Assembly: GCF_963921235.1 (NCBI RefSeq)
Contig: NC_086097.1
Span: forward strand, 214,398,001 to 214,462,000
DNA from: Mobula hypostoma
Taxonomy: Eukaryota
Length of the DNA: 64,000 bases
Direction: 5' to 3'
Under the pieces are notes generated by a model. It saw only the letters and a list, made by a program, of their open reading frames with translations, was not told where the DNA came from and ran no database searches. A program made the position numbers and the translations under genes. Shown piece by piece: positions 12,713 to 25,194 of this stretch. Each line of letters starts with the position of its first letter. Positions within the stretch are counted from its first letter, which is position 1.

Positions 12713-14392
12713 AAGACCATAACATCTTGGAGCAGAAGTAGGCCATTCGACCCATCGAGTCTGCTCCACCATTCAATCAAGAGCTGATCCAATTCTTCCA
12801 GTCGTCCCCACTCCCCTGCTTTCACCCCTTACCCTTTGATGCCCTGGCTAATCAAGAACTTATCTATCTCTGCCTTAAATACACCCAATGACTTGGCCTC
12901 CACAGCTGCTTGTGGCAACAAATTCCACAGATTTACCACCCACTGACTAAAGTAATTTCTCTGCATCTCAGTTCTAACTGGACATCCTTCAATCCTGAAG
13001 TCGTGCCCTTTTGTCCTAGAATCCCCTACCATGGGAAATAACTTTGCCATATCTAATCTGTTCAGGCCTTTTAGCGTTCTGAATGTTTCTATGAGATCCC
13101 CCCTCATTCTCCCCGAATTCCAGGGAATACAGCCCAACAGCTGCCAGACATTCCTCTTTGGGTAACCCTTTCATTCCTGGAATCATTCTCGTGAATCTTC
13201 TCTGAAGCCTCTCCAATGTCAGTGTATTCTTTCTAAAATAAGGAACCAAAAACTGCACACAATACTCTAAGTGTGGTCTCACGAGTGCCTTATAGAGCCT
13301 CAACATCACATCCCTGCTCTTATATTCTATATCTCTAGAAATGAATGCTGACATTGCATTCACCTTCTTTATCACCGACTCATCTGGGGGTTAACCTTTC
13401 GGGTATCTTGCACAAGGACTCCCAAGTCCCTTTGCATCTCTGCATTTTGAATTCTCTCCCCATCTAAATAATAGTCTGCCAGTTTATTTCTTCCACCAAG
13501 ATGCATGACTAAACACTTTCCAACATTGTATTTCATTTGCCGCTTCTTTGCCCATTCCCCTAAACTATCTAAGTCTCTGTGCAGGCTCTCTGTTTCCTCA
13601 ACACTACCTGCTCCGCCACCTACCTTTGTATCATTGGCAAACTTAGCCACAAATCCATTAATATCATAGTCCAAATCATTGACATACATCGTAAAAAGCA
13701 GCAGTCCCAACACCAACCCCTGTTGAACTCCACTGGTAACCGGCAGCCAGCCAGAAGAGGATCCCTTTATTCCCGCTCTCTGTTTTCTGCCGACCAGCCA
13801 ATGTTCCACCCATGCTAGTAACTTCCCTGTAATTCCATGGGCTCTTATCTTGCTAAACAACCTCATGTGCAGCACCTTGTCAAAGGCCTTCTGAAAATCC
13901 GAGTACACCATGTCTACTACATCTCCTTTGTCTATTCTGCTTGTAATTTCCTCAAAGAATTACAGTAGGTTTGTCAGGCAGGATTTTCCTTTCAGGAAAC
14001 CATGCAGGCTTTGGCCTATCTTGTCATGTGCCTCCAGGTACTTTGTTATCTCATCCCTAACAGTCGATTCCAATAACTTCCCAACCACTGATGTCAGGCT
14101 AATCACCTGATATCAGGCTATACTTTCCTTTCTGCTGCCTCCCACCCTTCTGCAATAGCTGAGTAACATTTGCAATTTTCCAGTCATCCGGTACAATGCC
14201 AGAATCTATGGATTCTTATGAAAGGTCATCGTTAATGCCTCTGCAATCTCTCCAGCCACGTCCTTCAGAACCCGAGGGTGCGTTCCATCAGGTCCAGGAG
14301 ATTTATCCACCCTCAGACCATTAAGCTTCCTGAGCATCTTCACAGTTGTAATTTTCACTGCACAAACTTCACCTCCCTGACACTCTTGAATG
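12713..14392 (-). mobile_element. CR1 LINE, 5'-truncated RT region
   Basis: ORFs 13372-13911 (DFQKAFDKV...FANDTK), 13016-13375 (RPHLEYCVQF) and 12829-13137; tail taagaccataa. Confidence 0.92.
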
Positions 14393-14839
14393 TGGTTCTT
14401 GATGATGGTCGCTGCTTTCTTGTGTTACCAGTGATTGCTGCGGAGTTAGCAGAGCTGCTGTTCACCTAGTTCATCTAAGCCAGGAAATTGTGCATGTTGC
14501 TTATTGAATTGAGGGAGAAATTGACCACTCACTCTTACAATGGTAGAGAGTTTCAGTGTGCACAGCTTTTCAAGGGAATGTTACACATTCACATTAAGGG
14601 TGCTGGGAATACAGCATTGAGGTTCACTCTTTATGCATCCGTGTTTGCTGTTACTGGCGATGCATCGAACCTCTCATTTCCTGCTTGGAGAATGTGGACT
14701 ACAAGGCTTAAAGCAGGCTCTAAGAGAGGAAAACAAACGTGCTCAGGAATTAGCGAGAAGGTGTAACTTTACCAGCATCTTTGCGGTGTTTGCAACAGAA
14801 GGCATCGAATGAGCTCAGATGATCATTGTACATTTATGG

Positions 14840-16095
14840 AGAGAAAAGCGTGTGTGACTGAGCTATTAGAGTTTATTGAGAATTTGATTAGTAAAATACA
14901 GTACTGTGTAAAAGTCTTGGGCACAGACAGTAGCTAGGGCGCCTAAAACTTTTACTCAGTACTGTAGTAATTTTATGTATTGCTCTGTACTGCTGCCACA
15001 AAAGAAAAACAAATTTCATGACATATGTGAATGACGATAAACCTGATTCTGATGTGGGTCTCTATTGTGGACTGAGAGTGGGAAGGGGGCAGGGAGAGGG
15101 GAAGGAGTGGGAAGCACCAGAGAGACTTTCTGTAATGATCAATAAACCAATTTTTTTGGGATCAAATGAGCTTGCCTGGTGCTTCAGGGTTGGTTGTGTC
15201 TTCACCCGTGCCACACTCCCCAGCCCCTGGCACTCCTCCTCTGCCACCCTTCCCGTGGCACTCCACCCTCGGTACAGTATTCTCAACATCCTTTGTTCCC
15301 GCCAGGTTTACAAACACGCTCTCCGCACCACGTTGACAAATACAATGCTGTACAAAAGTCTTAGGCACCCGAGCTACATATATGTGCCTTGGGCTTTTGC
15401 ACAATACTGCATGTAAAGCGAAGTGCGGGGATGTGGTACATTTAAAGTTTCAGAAGGCTTTTGTAAAGGACTCTTGCACAAGATTCAAACACATGGAATT
15501 GGGCTTAATACACTAACACTGATTTGACAAAAAGGCAGTAGGAATAAATTGGTGGCTGCAGGGATCGATTCCTGGATCCCAGTTATTTACAATTTGTCAG
15601 TGATCTGCAGATTGCTGTATTCCTGAGTTAGTGAGATTGTGAGTCATGAGCAGGATGAGCAGGTGAACGGGAGAAATGCATATCCCTCATTCGATATGGA
15701 ATGAGCTAAGTCACACTGGTGTACAAAACAGAAAAAACAGTGTTTTGAAAATGGTGACCAATAGGGAAATGTTGATGTTCACAAGGACCTGGGTGTCCTT
15801 GTACAGAAGTCCTTGAAAGCAAATCTTTTGGAAAGGAAATAATATGCTGTTTTTACTGAAGGAGATATTTGAGCACGGGATTCAAGATTTCTAGCTGCAC
15901 TAATAAAAGATTGATGTGGGGATGCACTTGGAATATAATGTACAGTTTTGGTTTCTTTATTAAATAAGAAAAAAGATATATAGATTGCATGTGGAATATG
16001 GTTAAAGTTAACCAGCCTAGTTCCTTGGATGGCAGTTTGCTGTGTAGGGAGAGATTAGTTCAGCCAGCCCTGTATTCTCTGGAGTTTAGAAAAAA
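14840..16095 (+). mobile_element. Highly decayed CR1 RT fragment (host of the MITE)
   Basis: gatgtggtacatttaaagtttcagaaggctttt, ggacctgggtgtccttgtaca, tattctctggagtttaga. Confidence 0.65.
14899..15409. mobile_element. Composite Tc1/mariner-type MITE
   Basis: Two ~66-bp self-palindromic ends (cagtactgtg.aaaagtctt.ggcac...gtgcct...cttttgcaca.tactg) at 14899-14964 and 15343-15409; TA on the left flank; interrupts an old CR1. Confidence 0.8.
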
Positions 16096-16289
16096 CCCAG
16101 CCATTGTGCAGAATTGTTCCTACTTTGTGCACAAATCCTGAAATTATTCATGAATAATCATACAGCAGTGGAAAATTCATCGCATTTGCCTTTCACTTGT
16201 GCATAGCCTTGTATAACGTGTGCAGATAAAAATTTTCTCAGCAACTAGAAGAAGCTGGCATGAGTCTTCATGCAGTGCCATTGATCTCC

Positions 16290-16600
16290 AGGTGGCACGA
16301 CAGACTAATAGTTAATGTAATGTTTTACAGTTCCAGCAATTTCCATTGGGATTCAATTCCTGCTTTTGTCTATAAGGAGTTTGTGCATTCTCCTGGTGAC
16401 TGCATGGGTTTCCCCCAATTGCTCTGATTTCTTCCCACATTCCAAAGACGTACAGGTTAAGGCTGGTAAATTGTGGGCATGCTATGTTGGCACTGGAAGT
16501 ATGTCGACACAGTCCTTGGACTGTGCTGGTCACCAACATAAATAACATATTTCACTATATGTTTTGATGTATGTGTGATAAATAAAGCTAATCTCTTTAT
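16290..16600 (+). mobile_element. tRNA-derived V-type (HE1-like) SINE with Rex-like 3' tail
   Basis: B-box-like gattcaattcc, central tgcatgggtttcccc...ttcccacattccaaagacgtac, tail tgtgtgataaataaagctaatct. Confidence 0.7.
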
Positions 16601-17309
16601 TTGTCTTCATTTTAGCATTTTGTTTCAAAACAACTAAGAACTTCTGGACTTATTGTGCCAGAGCAATCCACATTGATGCACTGAGAACACAAACTTCCCC
16701 ACCATCATTCCATCCAACCCACATTAGTATTGCTGGCCCTGATAAGATTCAGTCTGACTTTAAATTTGAGAAAACCCACGTTGTAAGTATAGAGTATAGA
16801 ACTTTACCAATTGCTATACAAAGTCCTGGTTTGTCCAGTAAATTTTCTGTGAAGTTATAGTGGGTATGTGTCAGAAAGTGTCAGTAGCTTTGTGACCTTT
16901 CAATATCTGGAGAAGTGCGATTTTGGAAAGCCAATTTAAAACATGCCATATGCTTGAAGGACATTTTTGTGGTTTTATTACTTTGAATGATCGCAGGAGA
17001 AATAACTCAGAATTTTTAATCAGAAGTTCTTAGACTCATTATCCTGAAGATTACAATCCAAAAGGGAAAAGGAGTTTCCTAGCAACATGCTAAGTTTTGT
17101 ATTCAACTTAAGGATATCAAAGTAATATAAAAGTGATCAATTCAATAAATTGCTTTTTGATCTGCTAAAGCATGTCCCTTTTCCCCAATGATTGTAGGAG
17201 TCCAGGGAACCAAACAAGTGGATTTTTCCACATGAGAATTGGAGAGCTGAATGAAATTTTTCATTTGTCATCTGATGTATTATACTGAGACTCATCTACT
17301 CAGCCATAT

Positions 17310-17578
17310 GGACCACTTGGTAGTGTAGTTCCAGCACAATACTTTACAGTACAGCGACCCAGGTTCAATTCCTACCTTTGCCTGTAAGGGGTTTGTATGT
17401 TTTCCTCCGGATGCTCTGGTTTCCTCCCACAGTCCAAAGATGTACTGGTTATTAAGTTATTTGGTCTTTGTAAGTTGTTTAGTGATTAGACTAGAATTAA
17501 ATCGTGGGATTGCTGGGTGCCACTGCTTAAAGATTTGGAAGGGCCTATTCCACTCTGTATCTCAATAAACAAAATAAC
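17310..17578 (+). mobile_element. V-type (HE1-like) SINE with CR1-like tail
   Basis: ggttcaattcc B box, tgctctggtttcctcccacagtccaaaga, tail gaagggcctattccactctgtatctcaataaa. Confidence 0.8.
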
Positions 17579-17592
17579 ATCTGCCATAGTGT

Positions 17593-17840
17593 GGCCGGCT
17601 GGTGGCGCAGTGACATCAGCGCCGGACTCCGGAGCGAAGGTTCCCAAGTTTGAACCCAGTAGTGGGTACACTTTCTGTCCGTGCCGGGTTGAGTGCTGAG
17701 CTCGCAACTTGGCCTCGTAAAAAAAAACTGCGCTGTGAGAAGGACGTGGGGGACCACTTACAGATTCTTTCCTCCAAGACAACCGCTTGAAAAAGTGGTC
17801 ACCAAGGCTCTGGCAGAATATGGCACATGCAAAAAAAAAA
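17593..17840 (+). mobile_element. tRNA-derived SINE with poly(A) tail
   Basis: A box tggcgcagtg, B-box-like gtttgaacc, A10 tail, perfect 11-bp TSD tgccatagtgt (17582-17592 / 17841-17851). Confidence 0.88.
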
Positions 17841-17962
17841 TGCCATAGTGTTGTCCAAAGATGAGCAGAGGAGATCTGTAAGGTGTATAAGTTCATTACT
17901 ATCCCCTGTATTTCTGTGTAAGAAGGCTTATGAATATTTTAGTGTTGTAAATAGAATTAAAT

Positions 17963-19082
17963 ACACAGTTGCCACATTATTAGGTACCTCCTGTAGCCAA
18001 TAAAGTGGCCACAGAGTGTATGTCTGTAGTCTTCTGCTGCTGTAGCCCATTCACTTCAAATACATGTTGTAGAAACATAGAAAGCCTACAGCACAGTACA
18101 GGCCCCTCGGCCCACAAAGTTGTGCCGAACATGTCCCTACCTTAGAAATTACTAGGCTTACCCATAGTCCTCTATTTTTCTAAGCTGCATGCACCTATCC
18201 AAAAGTCTCTTAAAAGACCCTATCGTATCCACCTCCACCACCGTTGCCGGCAGCTCATTCCACGCACTCACCACTCTCTGAGTAAAAAACTTACCCGACA
18301 TCTCCTCTGTACCTACTCCCCAGCACTTTAAACCTGTGTCCTCTTGTGGCAACCATTTCAGCCCTGGGAAAAAGCCTCTGACTAGCCACACCATCAATGC
18401 CTCTCATCATCTTGTACATCTCTATCAGGTCACCTCTCTTCCTCCGTCACTCCAAGGAAAAAAGGCCGAGTTCACGCAACCTATTCTCATAAGGCATTCT
18501 CCCCAATCCAGGCAACATCTTTGTAAATCTCCTCTGCACCCTTTCTATGGCTTCCACATCCTTCCTGTAGTGAGGCGGCCAGAACTGAGCACAGTACTCC
18601 AAGTGGGGTCTGACCAGGGTCCTATATAGCTGAAACATTACCTCTTGTGTATTTAATACTTGTGTATTATGTTGTGTTTTTAGAGATGCTCTTCTGCACA
18701 TCACTATTGTAACAGATGTTTATTTGAGTTACTATCACCTTCCTGTCAGCCTGAACCAGTCTGGCCATTCTCCTCTAAACTCACTCGTTAACAAGATAGT
18801 TTTTGCTCACAGAACTGCTGCTCACTTTTTTTTTCCACACTATTTTCTATAAACTTTAGAGACTCCTGTGTGTGAAAATTCTTGGAGATCAGCAGTATCC
18901 TAGATATGCAAACCACCCCATCTGACACCAACTACTATTCCACAGTCAAAGTCAAATAGATCGCATTTCTTCACTGTTCAGATGTTTGGTTTTATGCTTT
19001 TATGCACTGAGTTCCTACTACATTATTGGCTGATTTATTACATTAATGAGCTGGTGTACCTAATAAAGTGGTCACTGAGAGT
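17963..19082 (-). mobile_element. Tc1-like transposon remnant interrupted by CR1
   Basis: TIR-like ends (gccacattattaggtac / gtacctaataaagtggtcactgag); minus strand ~18840-18970 reads KKCDLFDFDCGIVVGVRWGGLHI*DTADLQEFSHTGVSKVYRK, a Tc1 N-terminal HTH. Confidence 0.8.
18071..18645 (-). mobile_element. CR1 LINE 3' fragment nested in Tc1
   Basis: LYRTLVRPHLEYCAQFW and FFTQRVVSAWNELP; agaaacatagaa tail. Confidence 0.9.
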
Positions 19083-19360
19083 TAATGCAAGCTCGTTGTT
19101 TTGAAGCTCTTCAATACCGCAGTACCTTCTGTAATTGTTTTCATTTCAACTACACCATGGCTAGTAACTGAATATTTTTAAGTAATACCAGTCTAATTAA
19201 TAACATGCTTATGATAATCTCAAAGAAAATTATGTGGCAGTCTTGGAGTCTGCTTCAGTACAGAATTGACTGTCCTTTACATCAGGGAATGAAATGAGCA
19301 CTTATTTGCAAGTCACAAATGACCATGTGATTTTGCCATTCTTTTGAGAATTGCAACACT

Positions 19361-19396
<36 letters not shown>

Positions 19397-20229
19397 CATA
19401 CTTTATTGATCCTGAGGGAAATTGGGTTTCCTTACAGTTGCACCAACCAAGAATAGAGTACAAATATAGCAATATAAAACCATAAATAATTAAATAATAA
19501 TATGTAAATTATGCCAGATGGAAATAAGTCCAGGACCAGCCTATTGGCTCAGGGTGTCTGACCCTCTAAGGGAGGAGTTGTAAAGTTTGATGGCCATAGG
19601 CAGGAATGACTTCCTATGATGCTCAGTGTTGCATCTCGGTGGAATGAGTCTCTGGCTGAATGTACTCCTGTGCCCACCCAGTACATTATGTAGTGGATGG
19701 GAGACATTGACCAAGATGGCATGCAACTTGGACAGCATCCTCTTTTCAGACACCACCGTGAGAGAGTCCAGTTCCATCCCCACAACATCACTGGCCTTAC
19801 GAATGAGTTTGTTGATTCTCTTGGTGTCTGCTACCCTCAGCCTGCTGCCCCAGCACACAACAGCAAACATGATAGCACTGGCCACCACAGACTCGTAGAA
19901 CATCCTCAGCATCTGACAGATGTTAAAGGACCTCAGTCTCCTCAGGAAATAGAGACCCCTCTGACCCTTCTTGTAGACAGCCTCGGTGTTCTTTGACCAG
20001 TCCAGTTTATTGTCAATTCGTATCCCCAGGTATTTGTAATCCTCCACCATGTCCACACTGACCCCCTGGATGGAAACAGGGGTCACCGGTACCTTAGCTC
20101 TCCTCAGGTCTACCACCAGCTCCTTAGTCTTTTTCACATTAAGCTACAGATAATTCTGCTCACACCATGTGACAAGGTTTCCTACCGTAGCACTGTACTC
20201 AGCCTCATCTCCCTTGCTGATGCATCCAA
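19361..20229 (-). mobile_element. Young Rex1/Babar LINE 3' fragment with (TATC)n tail
   Basis: ORF 19541-20137 KTKELVVD...YKYLG...LYFLRRL; near-identical to 29353-30415. Confidence 0.92.
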
Positions 20230-22099
20230 CTTCTGTATTTTACTGATATTTTCTTCGTTATTCTTTGTCATGTATGAGTGACTCTCTTTCTAATTAAAAA
20301 AGCTAAACTGTAAATATTTACCTGCAAACCTACCAATACATTTTTTTCTCCAATGTAGCACTTCCTTCCAGTAACTTGTATCGGCATAGCCTCGTTTTGC
20401 AAAATGCTTTGGCGAACCCCAATAAGAATAATTTAAATTTATAAAGCAGGACATTGCTGAATATCTGATGTTTGCCAAACAAGTGCAGCATTTAAGTTTT
20501 AATTCTCATTCTGCCTCATTGCTTTCTGAATCAATACTGCATTCTTCCTATTTCTCTCTTGTGCTTGCATGCCTATATACTTGGTTAATTTTTGCTTGAC
20601 CTTACCTCAGTTTCTTTGTGGCTAGCACTTTTATTCCATTTGAAAGGCTAATTGATGAGCTCAGTCAGAATCGCTATATTTTTTGTTCCTTTTCCTTTTA
20701 TTATTAGTATCTGAGCAAAAGCTTTGTGTTATTTAGTTTCCTTCATGCCCTTCTCAGAAATTGAAAGTCATGAAGATGTGCAAGGCCAAATGCACTTTGT
20801 TGAAGCAGCATATATCGCTCACCATTGGCTCATATTATGCTTTTTTTTTATCTGCACAATGTACTGTTCTGTGACATAACACCAAGAGACTATTGAATTG
20901 ACAGGTTGCCTGTCAGTCTGAGCTCAAGTTGTAATGACCTACTCCTTCCTACAAGGTTAGGGTCTCAGAGCCCGTAGAGTCCCTATATCTTGTTAGTTCT
21001 CTGTTGTTAGACTAATGACTGTAAACATAGAGAGTACGTGATCTGACAGCACAAAGTCATAATACAGGACCCTAACCTAGGTTGCCTTTTTTTGAACAAA
21101 CCTTAAGAATGTTTATGAAAGAGCAAGAGGATATGGGTCATGATTTTGCTACTTCGGGCAAGTTTGCATCCACCTGTTCTCTGCGGCATTGTTATTGCCT
21201 AACATTGAGAGAGGGAGCCACAGTTAGAGGTCGAGAGGAGCAAGATACATGGGGCCAAATGTCTGCAACCACCAACAGAAGCTTGGATATGTAGTTGTCC
21301 AGTCTCGCACCTCCTAGTATTACTTCAAGTAGCCTTCAAAAACTGCTTAATTATTATTGGAGACTATTGATATGTAATGAACTGGAACCCTAATGCAAGT
21401 TGCATTGTTTAATAATCTACCTATTGTAACTTCTATGTAAAAGAATTCAAATACAATTGGATGCAAAAGAACAGAGGGATTGAGATTGTTAAGAATGGTA
21501 GGAACAGGAACAAGAGGTAGCCAATTGACACTCATGCCTGATCTGATACTGAATAAGATCGTTGTCACTTCCTTGCATATTCCTGATTCTCATAATGCCC
21601 TTGGCAAAAGGAGGGAAAGCTGGTTTCTTTTGACTAATGACCAATAACTATTCTTTAAACATTTTGGAGTAGAGAACTTGACAGCAAAATTGGCTGAGGA
21701 TTGGCCATCTGTTGTTTATGTTGCCAAAGTTTCCTTTCCTTTGACATGTATGAAAGGGAAGCAGGTTGTCACATGTGATTTAAAAAAGATGTGGAACAAG
21801 CTGGGTGGGTAACCAGTGCTTGAGAAAAGCAATGGGCAGGATACAGAACAGAAAGGAGAAGTAGTGCATTGGACATGCAACAGGCAGGAGCAACTGCTGG
21901 AAATGGACAGCTCTGGAACTGAATGCTTTTTCAGATCTTCCTCCCTTTTTCACTTTCCTGTCTCTCCTCCAAGTTCTAGCCCTGGCCTTTTTTTATCACT
22001 ATCCCTCCTTATTGTCCCCTTTGTGATTCCGTGTAATCAGTCCTCAGAAGAACTATTAGCTTCGTTACCCCAAGTCCCCACCTGAATGAATTTAGAGCC

Positions 22100-23645
22100 T
22101 GACAATATGTTGAAATTTCAGTGAATTTGGAACTGCACTTAGTTATGCTCCAGTAACTGGTCTTCAAAGATATTTAGTGCTTACTTCGTTACACTGTTTG
22201 GACCAGATACGTTTGGTGAATCCATCCTCTTGAAGGATGCCTGGGCTTCAACTTTAGTGACTGAAATTACAGAGTCCTCTAGAGATTTAGAGGGTTGTGT
22301 GCCTGTGTCGTAGTTCTCTTTATCAAAGTATATGTGAAAGGCATTGATGGGCCGTTGCCACTTCTGCCTCCTGATCTTACCTTGTGGGAAGTTGTCACAG
22401 CTGTTGAGAGTGTCCATCTATGATTCCGTTTAGTCCAAAACTGCCTCTTTGTGCTGTCAAACCCCTTCCAGACGGTGTACCTGTACCTGCCAGCATGAAA
22501 TGCTGCAAATCTAATCCTTAGAAGATTTCTAACTCCCTGGTTCATCCAGTGCTTCTGGTTGGGGAATGCCTAGAATGTTTTAGTAGGTACACACTCGTCC
22601 ATGCATGTCTTTATGAAGTTGGTGTAGACTTCGGTATGTTTATTCAGCTCTACTGATGAATTGTAGAATGTGGTCCAGTCTACCGACTTGAAGCAATCTC
22701 GAATTCACTTCCACACTTCTGCCGACTCCCCTTGGAGTATTGTGTTCAGTTTTGGGCTCCTTATTTTAGAAAGGATATACTGACATTGGAGAGGGTTCAG
22801 AGAGGATTCACGAGAATGATTCCAGGAATGACAGTGTTACCGTATGAGGAACGTCTGGCAGCTCTTGGGCTGTATTCCCTGGAGTTCAGGAGAATGAGAA
22901 GGGATCTCATAGAAACATTTGGAATGTTAAAAGGCCGGAACAGATTAGATCTGACAAGGTTATTTCCCATGGTGGGGGAGACTAGGACAAGAGGGCACGA
23001 CTTCAGGATTGAAGGACGTCATTTAGAACAGAGATGCGGAGAAATTACTTTAATCAGAGGCGGTAAATCTGTGAAATTTGTTGCCACGATCAGCTGTGAA
23101 GGCCAAGTCATTGGGTGCATTTAAGGCAGAGATAGATAGGTTCTTGAGTAGCCAGGGCATCAAAGGGTATGGGGGAGAAGGCAGGGGAGTGGGGATGACT
23201 GGAAGAATTGGATCAGCCCATGATTGAATGGCAGAGCAGTCTAGTTGGGCCGAATGGCCTACTGCTGTTATATCTTATCGTCTTATGGACTTCGTAGCCT
23301 TCGCTGATGAATCACTCTTCAGTGTCTGTCCATATGCATGCAGAAGAAGGATAGACATGTGGTTGGAGCTAACAAAGTGCAGGCAAGAACAGAGCAAGAG
23401 GCTGGTATGATGATCCCATGGCAGTGGATGAGTTTATCAGGCAGACTAATGTTGCAGGTGAGGTGTTGATAGTAGTTATACAGAGCCGAGCCTGCTTACT
23501 GTCTCCCACCATGACATGCCAGGCATCAGGGCATGCAGCTTCACGTTTATTAATCACGAAACTTAGTTCCTTAGATGCCAGCTTGATGTCTGCCTGAGGT
23601 GAGACATAGACTGCAGTCAGGATGTTAGCAGAGAACCACTGGAGG
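22100..23645 (-). mobile_element. Old Rex1-type LINE fragment (endonuclease/linker) split by CR1
   Basis: ILTAVYVSPQADIKLA (ORF 23369-23650); FPNQKHWMNQ-like segment near 22540. Confidence 0.7.
22727..23288 (+). mobile_element. CR1 LINE 3' fragment
   Basis: ORF 22732-23124 LEYCVQFWAPY...GLYSLEFRRMR; tail tcttatcgtcttatgg. Confidence 0.9.
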
Positions 23646-24070
23646 TTCAAGGTTCAACAGTCATTCAACCACACATGAATACAGCCAAACGAAACAGTGT
23701 GACTCTGGGGCCAAGGTCCAAAACAAAATACCAACAGTCACACACAGCACAAGGCACATATAGCACACATAAGATAACAAGAACATACAAGATATCAGTA
23801 AAATACAGTCACACATAAAAATATAGTACATGAATGTTACGGCAGTCTGCAGTGAAGCACAATACAGCTCGTCCTCTGCTGAGTGAACACTGGGGGGCAG
23901 CATTGACTCTAGCGTGGACTCTGCGCCACACCGTCTCTGGTGCAGTGCACCAATCCTGATGCCTCTCTCCTGGGCAACCGTAAACAGGTGACTCTGCGGC
24001 TTGAGCCCTATTTCGTGCTATGACGCAGCTCCTTCACCATCTGCCCCTGCTGTCCTCCTGTAAATCAAGT
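23645..24070 (-). mobile_element. Non-coding repeat with Rex-type 3' tail
   Basis: (aaggttc)n-like tail and acagccaaacgaaacag tail motif; body non-coding. Confidence 0.5.
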
Positions 24071-24299
24071 GAAGGAAGGTAGAATGTTTGGCACTTCACT
24101 GCCTGGAGTTACAGGTTAGGGATGCAGGAATAGAATAAGATAGTCTTGCCCATGCACTATGATGAGTTCTTCATAAAGCAGAGATGGCCACCTTTCCCTT
24201 TCCCCAACGCTGGCATCTGGTCCATGCAGTGGATTGAGCACTGTGTCAGGAGAATTGGGATGAGCCATGAATCTGAAACAGCATACAGAGCAGTTCCTC

Positions 24300-24660
24300 A
24301 AAGTTCAAAAGCACCAAGTACATTTATTATCAAAGTACGTATACCATATACAACCTTCAGATTTGTCTTCTTGCAGGCAGCCACAAAACAAAGAAACACT
24401 AAAGAACCCACTAAAAACAACCCCATGCACCAAAGATAGTCAAATACCCAATGTGCAAAAAAAAAGAACAAATCGTGCAAACAAGAAAAAAAAGTAAACA
24501 AGTAACACACAGAACATGAATCAGAGTCCCTGAAGTGAGTCCATAGCCATGGTCCCAGTTCAGCATTGCAGCCGGTCCAGGAGCCCAGTTCTGGCAGGCC
24601 ACAGCCACTGATTCATTTGAGTGCTGCAACCGGTCCGGGGCCTGTTGGCTGCAGGCCTGT
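24300..24660 (-). mobile_element. Non-coding repeat with Rex-type 3' tail
   Basis: aagtacatttattatcaaagtacgtat...agatttgtcttcttgcagg matches the other Rex tails in the window. Confidence 0.6.
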
Positions 24661-24926
24661 GCAAAGCAATCTTGCTCAGTATTGTTTTGTAATTACTGTG
24701 CATTAGCCAAGAGAGTGCTGGGATTGGTGGGGTGGGGGCACGTGATTTAGGACCCTGTGCCTCAGTCTTACTTGAATTCCGACGTCTTGTCACCTTTTGC
24801 AGTTCTGATGAAGGATCATTGACATCCACATCACTGAGGTCCCTGATCCGCAGCCATATCTTTCTAAGGTGTGGTGACCAGAAGTGCGCACAATTATGGC
24901 CAAACATGTTTTATAAATGTCCATGC

Positions 24927-25027
24927 AACACACACACAAAAAAAAATGCTGGTGAACGCAGCAGGCCAGGCGGCATTTATAGGAAGAGGTACAGTCGACG
25001 TTTCAGGCCGGGACCCTTCGTCAGGAC
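24927..25027 (-). mobile_element. Solo Penelope pLTR fragment with hammerhead
   Basis: 17-bp TSD tttataaatgtccatgc (24910-24926) / tttataaaggtccatgc (25028-25044). Confidence 0.88.
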
Positions 25028-25028
25028 T
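24992..25028 (-). ncRNA. Minimal type-I hammerhead ribozyme motif
   Basis: Minus strand: agtc CTGACGA A gggt cccg gcct GAAAC GTC gact. Confidence 0.7.
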
Positions 25029-25194
25029 TTATAAAGGTCCATGCTAACTTCCTTACCCATGCACACTCTACATCAATCTACCTGGCTCCTGTATGCTTTT
25101 CTAACCACTTTCTCATCCTGCCCTTCTAGTTCTAATGAAATTAACACATGTACATCCCCACCCCAACTACAATCTCCTTTCAGGATAGTTTATT

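Noticed and set aside
20954..21078. 11-bp inverted repeat aggttagggtc / gaccctaacct as a tiny MITE
   Set aside because: No TSD and no second copy in the window; could be chance.
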